64,000 nucleotides of DNA from Poseidonia sp. (GTDB lineage Archaea; Thermoplasmatota; Poseidoniia; Poseidoniales; Poseidoniaceae), in assembly GCA_049627345.1 (NCBI GenBank), contig JBMZXF010000001.1:12635-76634 (forward strand), given 5' to 3'. The notes under the pieces were generated by a model, which was given only the letters and a program-made list of their open reading frames with translations, was not told the DNA's origin and ran no database searches. Of this stretch, positions 34,039-42,666 are shown piece by piece; the stretch's first letter is position 1; the number at the start of each line of letters is the position of its first letter. Made by a program: the position numbers and the translations under genes.

Positions 34039-34953
34039 ATGACCATCAACAAGCCATCCGCTGACACCTCCCACCTCTACGACGGAAAGACCGTTCGCTC
34101 ATCCGCCCCTTCTCGTAAGAAGGCAGCCGGCCAGGTCGGCACGGGCAGCGCCATTCCGGAAGACGCCATTCCTACCGTGGAAATCCCCGGCTTCATCGAA
34201 AGCCTCCTTGGTGGCCCCTTGGTCCCGAAAATGAAGTTCCTTCCCCCTGACAAGATGGTGCAAAACCTCCAGATCGCCGTCTACGGTGTCTTGGTCGGTT
34301 TGGCCTTCTTGACCTACATCATCTCCCCGCCTCAGGGCACCATGTGGTACATCCTCACCGGCAGCCTCGGACTGGCCAACATCATGCAGTTGACCATCAT
34401 CGCCGCCGCCACGGTCCTCGGTTTCATGGGCACGTTCCGTCGAGATGCACGCCTTTCGCTCGGAAGTAACCTGTTGTTCATCCTCGCTATTCTCCGCTTT
34501 GCTTCGTCCAAGACGTCGCTGGCGCTTGATGTTGACATCGGCCCTACGATGCTCTCGGTTCTTGTGGTCGTGTACGCCGTGCTTCTCATCATGTATTTCG
34601 AACTCAGCAACGGCGTGATTCGATATTCCATGCTGGACACCAGCATTCGTACCAACGAGGTCTACGTCATGAACCCCAAGAAGATCGTAGGCAAGTACCA
34701 CCGTTCGCTGATCACCAATCCCATTCTCGCCACCTTGTTGGCATGGTTCGTCCTCTCGGCCAACACCATTCTGCCAGCCATCGTGAGCATTTTCTCTGAA
34801 GACACGGGCCAGCGCATGCGTGAATCGGTCGAACTGACCTCGGTGTACGGCGTTGCTCTCGGTACGCTGTTTGTGTTCATCACCGTCGGCATCCTGTTCG
34901 GCCTGAACCTTCCCACCCACCTTCAGCGGTTCCGTGAGCGCCAAGCCGACTGA
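34039..34953 (+). CDS. hypothetical polytopic membrane protein in the moxR operon
   Basis: 304 aa, about 6 TM; SD GAGGTGA. Confidence 0.75.
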   Translation: MTINKPSADTSHLYDGKTVRSSAPSRKKAAGQVGTGSAIPEDAIPTVEIPGFIESLLGGPLVPKMKFLPPDKMVQNLQIAVYGVLVGLAFLTYIISPPQGTMWYILTGSLGLANIMQLTIIAAATVLGFMGTFRRDARLSLGSNLLFILAILRFASSKTSLALDVDIGPTMLSVLVVVYAVLLIMYFELSNGVIRYSMLDTSIRTNEVYVMNPKKIVGKYHRSLITNPILATLLAWFVLSANTILPAIVSIFSEDTGQRMRESVELTSVYGVALGTLFVFITVGILFGLNLPTHLQRFRERQAD

Positions 34954-34959
34954 TGGTGC

Positions 34960-36261
34960 TCAAGCCGAAATCAGCGTCATGATTTCATCGAGCATCCGTG
35001 AGATGTCCACTCGTTGCGACAGCATGTTAATGCAAGCTACCGACTCGTACAGCAGGGCGTTCTCGGGATCCTCGGTTCCGAGGAGGTTGTGCAGGTAATC
35101 GATGTCCCTGCATCCGATGAACGACAACATGGCGGCATAGTAATCGTAGGACACCGAGGATGCGTGGTCTTGGACGATCTGGACACCTTTGGGCACATCG
35201 TGCTGGCGGAACACAAATCGCCACTGCGTGTTTGTGGTGTCAAAAGAGCAGATACGAACATCAGCTTCTTTGAGCGCTTGCAGCAGGTCGCTGAGGGCCA
35301 TGGCTGCGTCCTGGGAATACCGAACCTCGGCGTTCACACAAGCAACACGGGGAATGCATGCGATGCCCTTGATGCTCGGTTCTGCCTCGATGTCGGGGCC
35401 AATGACGGTCTTCATGCCGTTTTCTTTGTAGCTCAGGAGGTGTCGAATCTCGATGGGGATGCCCATTTCATACACGGGTTCGACGGTGGCAGGATGCAGG
35501 ATGGTGGCATCTGCGTTCGCAAATTCAATCGCTTCGCCGTAGCCCAAGTAGGGGATCGGTGAGGTTTGAACACCCCAGCGTGGGTTCACCGGGTAGATGC
35601 CCAGCACGTCCTTCCACAACACCACGCGTTGAGCATGGAGAAGAGCAGCGAGCGCCGTGGCCGTGTGGTCGCTTCCACCTCGACCAAGCAAGGCGATGTC
35701 GCCATCGGTACCTTCGCCGAACCACCCCGTAACCACCGGGACGCCGTGGAAGGCGCTTCGGTCAAGTTTTGCTCGCGAGGCCTTGAGGTCGACCCTTGTC
35801 GCCATTCCGGCGCCGTCGAGTTGAAGCCCGATGTCCTCGGCGCCAACCGGGTGAGCATTCAGTCCTCGAAGGGAAAGGCCGTGGGCGATGACCAAGGCCG
35901 AGAGACGTTCGCCGGAAGCGAGGAGACGGTTGTAGGCTCGTCGGTCCTCACGGTCCGTGGCCAGGGCATTCAGCGATTCTTCAATCCCCTCCAACACCCG
36001 CTGAAACATGTCGTAGAGGGGTGAATCAACGAGCGTGGGCGAAAATCGAAGGTGGTGCTTGGCAAGGTCGTACACCAATCGGCCCGCATAGCGTGGTTCT
36101 TGTGCGGCACGGATCAATCGGTCCGTGGTTCCCCACAGTGCGGAGACGACCAAGATAACCGGTTGTTCTGCTTCGAGCAGAATGTTCGCAATGCGTTCCA
36201 GGTCCGTGCCATCGCGAAGGCATGATCCTCCAAACTTGTGGACCTCCAACTCTTCATGCAT
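34960..36261 (-). CDS. lysC: aspartate kinase
   Basis: KFGGS, VVSA, GERLSA, LGRGGSD, WKDVLGI, ILHP; degenerate ACT-like C-terminus. Confidence 0.85.
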   Translation of the reverse strand: MHEELEVHKFGGSCLRDGTDLERIANILLEAEQPVILVVSALWGTTDRLIRAAQEPRYAGRLVYDLAKHHLRFSPTLVDSPLYDMFQRVLEGIEESLNALATDREDRRAYNRLLASGERLSALVIAHGLSLRGLNAHPVGAEDIGLQLDGAGMATRVDLKASRAKLDRSAFHGVPVVTGWFGEGTDGDIALLGRGGSDHTATALAALLHAQRVVLWKDVLGIYPVNPRWGVQTSPIPYLGYGEAIEFANADATILHPATVEPVYEMGIPIEIRHLLSYKENGMKTVIGPDIEAEPSIKGIACIPRVACVNAEVRYSQDAAMALSDLLQALKEADVRICSFDTTNTQWRFVFRQHDVPKGVQIVQDHASSVSYDYYAAMLSFIGCRDIDYLHNLLGTEDPENALLYESVACINMLSQRVDISRMLDEIMTLISA

Positions 36262-37336
36262 CGTGGAACCCTCCTCTCACCATCAGATCGCCAACGACCA
36301 ACAACGCCATCGCCTCAACCACAGCGACCGCTCTTGGGCCGAGCACAGGATCGTGCCGCCCTTTGACCAGCAACGGTTCCAGTTGGTTGGTGCTGAGGTT
36401 CAGCGTGTGTTGTTCCTGGGGGATGCTGGATGGCGGCTTGAAGGCCACGCGAACCTTGACCGGTGACCCCGTCGACAGGCCGGCCAAGGCCCCGTCGGGT
36501 TGTTCACCCAACAACACGGGGTCATCGGCCGAACCTCCCCAGGGGCTGTTGTGGTCGCTGCCATGCATGGTTTGGACGGCGAAACCGTGGCCAAATTCGA
36601 CGCCACGTGCTGCAGGAATGGCCATCATGGCCCGAGCGAGCGCAGGTTCCAATCCGTCAAACCACGGTTCACCCAGACCCAACGGGAGTCCCACCACGGT
36701 CAGGTCGACTCGGGAACCAATGGAATTTCGTTGCTTTTTCGTTGATTCGACCAGTTCGGCCATGGCTGCCGCAGCCTGCGGATCTCGACACCTGAGCGCC
36801 TCGCAGGTGTCGTTGGCCCAGCGAGGTGGACAGTTCTCAAGGGAGGCGGCCTCCACGGTTCCAATCGCACCGAGATGGGCCTCAACGGTGATGCCGTGCT
36901 CCTCGAGCCAAGGACGAACCACAGCTGCGACAGCCACCAACGGAGCGGTCATGCGAGCGCTGGATGTTCCACCGCCCCGCAGATCGGCTTCCCCGTTGGT
37001 GCGTTTCATCATGACCATGTCTTGATGGCCGGGGCGAGGATGGTCGGGCAAAAAACTGTAATCGCTTGAACGAGCGTCTTGGTTGGCAATGTGAACTTCA
37101 ATCGCTTCGCCGGTGGTGATGCCGTTTACGACGCCCGTGCGCCATTCGACACGATCTGCTTCCTTCCGCTTGCTGCTGTAAAGGCCACCTGTTTTTCGAA
37201 GGTTCATGGCGGCTTGAACACGTTCTTCATCGACCTTCAGGCCTTCAGGTAACCCTTCAACCAGAGCGCCCACAAAGGGGCCGTGGCTTGAGCCGCGTAG
37301 GGTGACTCGCAAAGCCTCACCAAGACCCATGTTCAT
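36254..37336 (-). CDS. aroC: chorismate synthase
   Basis: GSSHG, RPGH, GGGTSSARMT, KPPSSI, GRHDP. Confidence 0.95.
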   Translation of the reverse strand: MNMGLGEALRVTLRGSSHGPFVGALVEGLPEGLKVDEERVQAAMNLRKTGGLYSSKRKEADRVEWRTGVVNGITTGEAIEVHIANQDARSSDYSFLPDHPRPGHQDMVMMKRTNGEADLRGGGTSSARMTAPLVAVAAVVRPWLEEHGITVEAHLGAIGTVEAASLENCPPRWANDTCEALRCRDPQAAAAMAELVESTKKQRNSIGSRVDLTVVGLPLGLGEPWFDGLEPALARAMMAIPAARGVEFGHGFAVQTMHGSDHNSPWGGSADDPVLLGEQPDGALAGLSTGSPVKVRVAFKPPSSIPQEQHTLNLSTNQLEPLLVKGRHDPVLGPRAVAVVEAMALLVVGDLMVRGGFHDA

Positions 37337-37378
37337 GGTGCAACAGGTTGAGGACCCGCTGGCCCTTTTAGAAGGTGT

Positions 37379-38272
37379 TCACTCGCCTTCGAGGGCGTCG
37401 TCCTTTGAGAGGAATCGGGTTTCAACCACTTCTGCCTGCGGGTAGCGCATGCTGTACCATGCTTTGATGCGCTCAAGCGTCGGTTCTTGCTGGCTGGGGA
37501 CCACGATGACCAAGGCCGGACCGGAGCCCGAAACGCCTGCCGCTCGAGCGCTGTTCATGAACGAGTCATTCGCCATCTTTCGGCCCTCAATGTCGCGCAA
37601 AGCGGCGACCGTCCCTCGCCCGTTCCACGTCATGGCCACGAGCGGGTTGTTCGCTTGAAGCGCGCTAAGGGCTTCTTGGAAAGCGGTCAACTGTGAGGCA
37701 AAATCCTCCAAAACAGGCTGGGATTTGCGTGGGCCGCGGAGCACGAGGAGGACAATCCATTCCTCCGGTGGAAGGCCGGGTTCATCCATCAGGACGCCTT
37801 CGGAAATCGGGGCTTGAACGTCGACGAGTTTCCAACCGGGGTGAAGGCAAGCCCACGCATCATCGATGGAGCCGGTGAGGGAGATTCCTGCGGCGATCTG
37901 TGCTTCTGCTGCCAAGGTCACGAGTTCATGGTCGTCCAGGTTCGTGTCGGTGGCATCGCCCAAGGCTCGCAACGCAGCGATGCAAACGGCCGCCGATGAT
38001 TTCAGACCTTGCTTTTTTGGAACCTCGGATTTGACACCCCAGTGCAGGTCCTCTTTGGCGTGGCCTTCGGGGAGAGGGTGTCCACCAGCAAGCCATGCAT
38101 CAAGCAATGCTGTGAGCACACCATCGCCGTCCAACACCTCACGCTTGCTTGGTTTGTCGAGCAGTCGCACGGTGACAGGCAGGTCAAGGGCCACCGCTGC
38201 CCCGTAGCCAAGGGCGGCGGCATGGAGCAGGCTGCAGGCGCCGTGAGCTTGCCCCTTTCCCAGCACGGCCAT
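37379..38272 (-). CDS. aroK: archaeal shikimate kinase (GHMP family)
   Basis: PKKQGLKSSAA, SLTGSIDDA, GVSGSGPA; operon context. Confidence 0.88.
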   Translation of the reverse strand: MAVLGKGQAHGACSLLHAAALGYGAAVALDLPVTVRLLDKPSKREVLDGDGVLTALLDAWLAGGHPLPEGHAKEDLHWGVKSEVPKKQGLKSSAAVCIAALRALGDATDTNLDDHELVTLAAEAQIAAGISLTGSIDDAWACLHPGWKLVDVQAPISEGVLMDEPGLPPEEWIVLLVLRGPRKSQPVLEDFASQLTAFQEALSALQANNPLVAMTWNGRGTVAALRDIEGRKMANDSFMNSARAAGVSGSGPALVIVVPSQQEPTLERIKAWYSMRYPQAEVVETRFLSKDDALEGE

Positions 38273-38275
38273 TCA

Positions 38276-39307
38276 TCATCGCTCCTCGATGTCCCCTTGA
38301 ATCGGAACACCGACATGACGTGCGTCGTGCCCCTCCCATCCAAGGATGAGTTGGCCGGGTTGGAGTTCGGTGACGGCTACGGCGTGCAAATGTTCTGAAA
38401 TAAGGCGGACTGTTTCCGCTTGTTGCATGAAAACATGAGAGATATTATCGTTTTGCTGCAATTTGTTTATTTTTTTTCCTGTAATCTTCACCATGGGCCG
38501 TTGCTCAATTTTGACACGCCCTAACACAACCTCACGGGTTTCACCCGAGGTGGATACAGCAAGGACGCCATCACCCGACTGGAGTTCCGCCATGTACTTC
38601 GTTGAACCGTCGCTCATCATGACGTAGGCGTGCGGTGCCCCGGCATTGACTCGGAAGGGACGCGTCGGCACAAACGTGGACGGGATGGTTTCGCTGTGAA
38701 CGAGGAAGAGGGTGCGTGCACTCGAGCCGACCAGAATCCCCTCGCCTTGAGCGAAGGACGACAGGAAATCAAGGCAATACCGGTCGCCCAGGCCTGCCTG
38801 TTCAACAGACTGGACCGACAGTGGTGTGAGCCGTAGGCTGTCCATGGCCGCTGTTTCGAACGATTGGTCTGGTTCAAGGCGTTCCAGACGCTGGGCTTTG
38901 ACGCTGAGCGCTGCTTCCAACATGGCGGGCTCGGATGAGATGACCAAGGCGTCCACGCCCTGTTCAAGGGCAAACCCTGCGCCTTGTGCTTCCAGTGGGG
39001 CGTTGATGACGGCGGCGATCTTGGTGTGGCTGCCGCTTCGGTGTGCGATGAGATTTTCCAACGGAATCATCGACCAGGTTTCGCATTCCACCATGATCCA
39101 ATCCACCGTCCCCATGTGGGCTTTCCCATCGTTCTGCGTTTCACCGTCCTTCACGATGACATGCGCACCAAGCACCTGTTCTCCTTGGTAGAGCACGCCG
39201 TCCTCAACACGAAGATGGGCTTGCGGCGAGTCGTTCGAAAAAATGCGGTCAACCTCGTCAAGGTTGATGCCCGTCTCCCCATCGCGTTGACGAAGCCAGA
39301 TTTCCAT
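38276..39307 (-). CDS. aroB': 3-dehydroquinate synthase II
   Basis: WSMIPLENLIA, GDRYCLD, RPFRVNAG, GRVKIEQRP, QQAETVRL, ARHVG. Confidence 0.93.
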   Translation of the reverse strand: MEIWLRQRDGETGINLDEVDRIFSNDSPQAHLRVEDGVLYQGEQVLGAHVIVKDGETQNDGKAHMGTVDWIMVECETWSMIPLENLIAHRSGSHTKIAAVINAPLEAQGAGFALEQGVDALVISSEPAMLEAALSVKAQRLERLEPDQSFETAAMDSLRLTPLSVQSVEQAGLGDRYCLDFLSSFAQGEGILVGSSARTLFLVHSETIPSTFVPTRPFRVNAGAPHAYVMMSDGSTKYMAELQSGDGVLAVSTSGETREVVLGRVKIEQRPMVKITGKKINKLQQNDNISHVFMQQAETVRLISEHLHAVAVTELQPGQLILGWEGHDARHVGVPIQGDIEER

Positions 39308-39316
39308 ATCACCAAC

Positions 39317-40114
39317 TCACAAGCCAGTGGCTTTCATCGCTTCATCGGCTGAAGCACCTTCGTGAACCATGAGAACGAGGGCCTTTGCCATGGCGCCTGG
39401 ATTGGCGTGGGCAAAGACTTGGCGTCCCATGCACACGCCGCTGGCACCAGCGTTGAGGGCCTGTTCGACCATGGAGAGCACGTCGGCGGAATTCCCGCTT
39501 GCGGGTCCACCCGCGAGCAGAAGGGGGATGGGCGCACTGGCTGCCACACGCTCGAAGGAGGCGCTGTCGCCGGTCCAGACACATTTTGCTGCATCGCAGC
39601 CCAACTCAAAGGCCAACCGGACGGCGTGGGCTTGGGACCGTGTGATGTCGTCGTCTTGGTGATTCAAATGCGGGCCTCGTGCATAGACCATACCAAAGGC
39701 TGGCAGGCCGGCGTGGAGTGCTTGACGGTTCAGTTCACCCATGCGCTGAATCATGTCGGCTTCATGCTCGCTGCCCATGTTGACTTGGCTTGACACGCCA
39801 AGGCCACCACGCAGCAAGGTCTCGTCGGCGTGGCCGACCAGGACTTTGTTGTTTATGTCAGGCCCTGCATGGCGAGTGGAGACCGAATAGTGGACGACCA
39901 TGCTGGTGCTGGTCCCTTCGCAAAGGTGAGCGAAGGCACTGACCAGTCCTTTTTGTGCAACGATGGCATCGACATTGGCGTCGATAAGGGATTGAATCAA
40001 TCCCTCAAGGTCTTCCAAACCGTCCGTGGGATAATCGGAAGCACCGTGGTCAATGGGAATCCACACACCTCGCCCGTTGGGCAGCAAGCGATTGAGGCGT
40101 TCACCCTTGTCCAT
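39317..40114 (-). CDS. aroA': 2-amino-3,7-dideoxy-D-threo-hept-6-ulosonate synthase (class I aldolase)
   Basis: PIDHG, MVYARG, ELGCDAAK (Schiff-base Lys), AGGP, GRQVF; directly upstream of aroB'. Confidence 0.85.
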   Translation of the reverse strand: MDKGERLNRLLPNGRGVWIPIDHGASDYPTDGLEDLEGLIQSLIDANVDAIVAQKGLVSAFAHLCEGTSTSMVVHYSVSTRHAGPDINNKVLVGHADETLLRGGLGVSSQVNMGSEHEADMIQRMGELNRQALHAGLPAFGMVYARGPHLNHQDDDITRSQAHAVRLAFELGCDAAKCVWTGDSASFERVAASAPIPLLLAGGPASGNSADVLSMVEQALNAGASGVCMGRQVFAHANPGAMAKALVLMVHEGASADEAMKATGL

Positions 40115-40166
40115 GAGCCTGCGAGGTTGCCGCCTTCATCAAAGGTTTGTTTGAGCAGTTTACGCA

Positions 40167-40799
40167 TCAGAGTTGGCTGCCAGCCCAGATAAGGACGGCC
40201 TGCTCAGCCGCTTGCAGGTGTTCTTGGTAGGTTGACCGAGCGATGCCGAGGATGTCGGCGAGGGCCTGCATCGTGATCGCTTTGGGCTCCTTGTAAAATC
40301 CATGCTTGACCGCCAGTTCATAGCACTCGAACTGGCGAGATGTAAGGGCGGCCTGCAACCCGTTCTGGTCCGAATGTATCTCAGTGACTCGAACGTTGGC
40401 CGGTGGGAAGAAGGCCTTGCTCATTTTGACGAATGCGGCGATGGCGTCGGGTAACCCCCGTACCGTCAGGTAGAGGTTGCCTTTTTCGAGAATGGTGGGT
40501 GACATGACATGGATGCTGGTGGACTTTGCCGCCAAACAAACGAGCGGATGGGTGTTCCAAACCACGAGCCCTTCACCGTCTCGTTCGTCGAGGCGTTGTT
40601 CGACCTCCACGTAGGGGATCTTATCCAGGTCATCAGCGGTTTTTCCTTCCTTGTAGGAGGGGAGAACCACTTGGCGCACGCCCTCTGGTGTGATGTGGAG
40701 GTTGGCGACGAAGGTCAAACCCTCCACCACGTCGGTGAGTTCGACCAAGTCAGTCTTTGCTAGCGAGGCTTGCTCCCACGTCAAGGTGACCTCCCGCAT
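40167..40799 (-). CDS. HTH-10 (Bat-like) transcriptional regulator
   Basis: LTSRQFECYELAVKHGFYKEPK...LADILGIARSTYQEHLQAAE. Confidence 0.9.
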   Translation of the reverse strand: MREVTLTWEQASLAKTDLVELTDVVEGLTFVANLHITPEGVRQVVLPSYKEGKTADDLDKIPYVEVEQRLDERDGEGLVVWNTHPLVCLAAKSTSIHVMSPTILEKGNLYLTVRGLPDAIAAFVKMSKAFFPPANVRVTEIHSDQNGLQAALTSRQFECYELAVKHGFYKEPKAITMQALADILGIARSTYQEHLQAAEQAVLIWAGSQL

Positions 40800-40903
40800 G
40801 GTGGTGCCTCACACCCTCTCGTTGTTATGACCTTTGCATGGCCGGTGATACAACGTCAATGGAAAATCGCATGTTTCAAGTGGTAGTTCGTCGTGGAAAG
40901 ACC

Positions 40904-42664
40904 ATGCCTTTGGCGGACTATGTGCTCACGATTGCTCTCGCAGGCGCCTTTGCCCTGGGCTTGATGTTCATCGTGATGCGGCGAGAAGCGCAAGTGAACC
41001 TTCAGAGCGGAATGAGTGCTGAAGGCTTGCTGCAACAACATTCTGGCATGGGCTTTGGAAAAGCCAAGAAAAACTTGGACAGAAAACTCGCCACGATTCA
41101 AGACCTTCTCCGACAGCAGAACCAAGGTGACCGACAACTGGCCGAAGAGCGCTTCAATCAACGCCGCCAGGAACAGGCTGCGTCCGAGGAAGCCGCCCGA
41201 CGCCAACGGGAACTTGACGAAGCCCAACGGCAATCTGAACTGGAGGCCGAACGACAACGACAGGAAGAAGAGGCTGCGCGCAGAGCCGCCGAGCGAGACG
41301 CGGAGGAAGCACGCCTTGCCGCTGAGCAAGAAGCCCAGCGCCAGGCCGAACTCGCTGAGGCCGAGCAGGAACGCCAAGCAGAAATTGAGGCTGCACGGCA
41401 ACAAGAGATGCTCGAATCCCGTGAAGCAGCTCAGCGAGCGATGTCCGAACTGCGTGCACGACTTGAGCGCGAAGGTGCGCAATCGTCCGACGTCCAGATT
41501 TCACTGATGTGGAACAACTACAACGATCTGGATCTTCACGTCCTGTGTCCTTCGGGCGAGCGAATCCACGGTGGCAACAAGAAGTCCGCCTGCGGTGGCG
41601 AACTCGACGTCGATGCTAACGTGCGAGCCGAGACGCGAAAGCCGGTCGAGAACGTGTTTTGGGAGGACGGCAAGGCCCCTGCAGGACGCTACCAAGTGTA
41701 TGTCCACTACTACAAGAAGCACAAGAAGCGACGCAGCAAGGACCCCACGAAATTCCAGGTCATCATCAACGAAGGCGGCGATATGCGAGAATACAACGGC
41801 GAACTGACCGCAGGTGACCCCATCATGCTCGTGGCGGAATTCAACCTCCCCTCGCCTGAGGAGCGGGCCGCCAAGCGCCGTGAACTCGAAGCTGAATTGC
41901 GAGCGGCAGGCATGGACGTGCCTGAATCGCAGGCCGCCATCGCCGAGGTGGAGGAAAACCGCCAGGCTGAAATCGAGGCGGCTGAAGCCGAGCGATTGGC
42001 CGAAATTGAGGCTGCAAGGGAACAAGAAGTCCTTGAAGCCAAAGAAGCCGCTCAGCGTGCCATGTCTGAACTTCAAGCCCGATTGGAACGCGAGGGCGCT
42101 CAATCCTCGGACGTTCAAATCTCGTTGATGTGGAACAACTACAACGATCTTGATCTTCACGTCGTATGTCCATCTGGCGAACGCATTCACGGTGGCAACA
42201 AAAAATCAGCTTGTGGTGGGGAATTGGACGTTGATGCCAACGTTCGTGCCGAAACGCGCAAGCCCGTCGAAAACGTGTTCTGGGAAGAGGGCAAAGCCCC
42301 TGCAGGCACCTACCAAGTCTACGTCCACCACTACAAGAAACACCAAAAGCGAAAGAGCAAGGATCCCACCAAGTTCCAAGTGATTGTCACACCCGGTGGT
42401 GAGCCCTTGGAGTACAACGGCGAATTGTCAGCCGGCGACCCGATCATGCTGGTGGCTGAATTCACCCTCCCTTCGCCCGAGGAGCGAGAGGCCAGCAAGC
42501 GAGAACTTGAGGCTGAGCTTGAGGCTGCCTCAAGGTCCTACGACGACATTGGCACTGAGGCCAAGGCTGAGGAGAATTCAGGCGACGGTGCGTCCGTACC
42601 TGAGACGCCTGAGGATGAACTGCCGAGTGCTCCCGACCTCGACGCACTGATGAACGACGAATGA
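40904..42664 (+). CDS. membrane-anchored coiled-coil protein with two tandem YfaP/DUF2135-like domains
   Basis: N-terminal TM, E/Q/R/A coiled coil, twice W-NNYNDLDLHV-x-CPSGE...GELDVD...VEN...GxYQVYVH. Confidence 0.8.
   Translation: MPLADYVLTIALAGAFALGLMFIVMRREAQVNLQSGMSAEGLLQQHSGMGFGKAKKNLDRKLATIQDLLRQQNQGDRQLAEERFNQRRQEQAASEEAARRQRELDEAQRQSELEAERQRQEEEAARRAAERDAEEARLAAEQEAQRQAELAEAEQERQAEIEAARQQEMLESREAAQRAMSELRARLEREGAQSSDVQISLMWNNYNDLDLHVLCPSGERIHGGNKKSACGGELDVDANVRAETRKPVENVFWEDGKAPAGRYQVYVHYYKKHKKRRSKDPTKFQVIINEGGDMREYNGELTAGDPIMLVAEFNLPSPEERAAKRRELEAELRAAGMDVPESQAAIAEVEENRQAEIEAAEAERLAEIEAAREQEVLEAKEAAQRAMSELQARLEREGAQSSDVQISLMWNNYNDLDLHVVCPSGERIHGGNKKSACGGELDVDANVRAETRKPVENVFWEEGKAPAGTYQVYVHHYKKHQKRKSKDPTKFQVIVTPGGEPLEYNGELSAGDPIMLVAEFTLPSPEEREASKRELEAELEAASRSYDDIGTEAKAEENSGDGASVPETPEDELPSAPDLDALMNDE
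41370..42520 (+). repeat. intragenic direct duplication, offset 621 nt (207 codons)
   Basis: CAGCGAGCGATGTCCGAACTG at 41432 vs CAGCGTGCCATGTCTGAACTT at 42053; mostly synonymous differences. Confidence 0.9.
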
Positions 42665-42666
42665 GT

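Noticed and set aside
39317-40114. Glycolytic class I fructose-bisphosphate aldolase
   Set aside because: Position immediately upstream of aroB' favours ADH synthase, although dual activity cannot be excluded.
41370-42520. Assembly artefact as the cause of the duplication
   Set aside because: The copies differ at many synonymous sites and the frame is intact.
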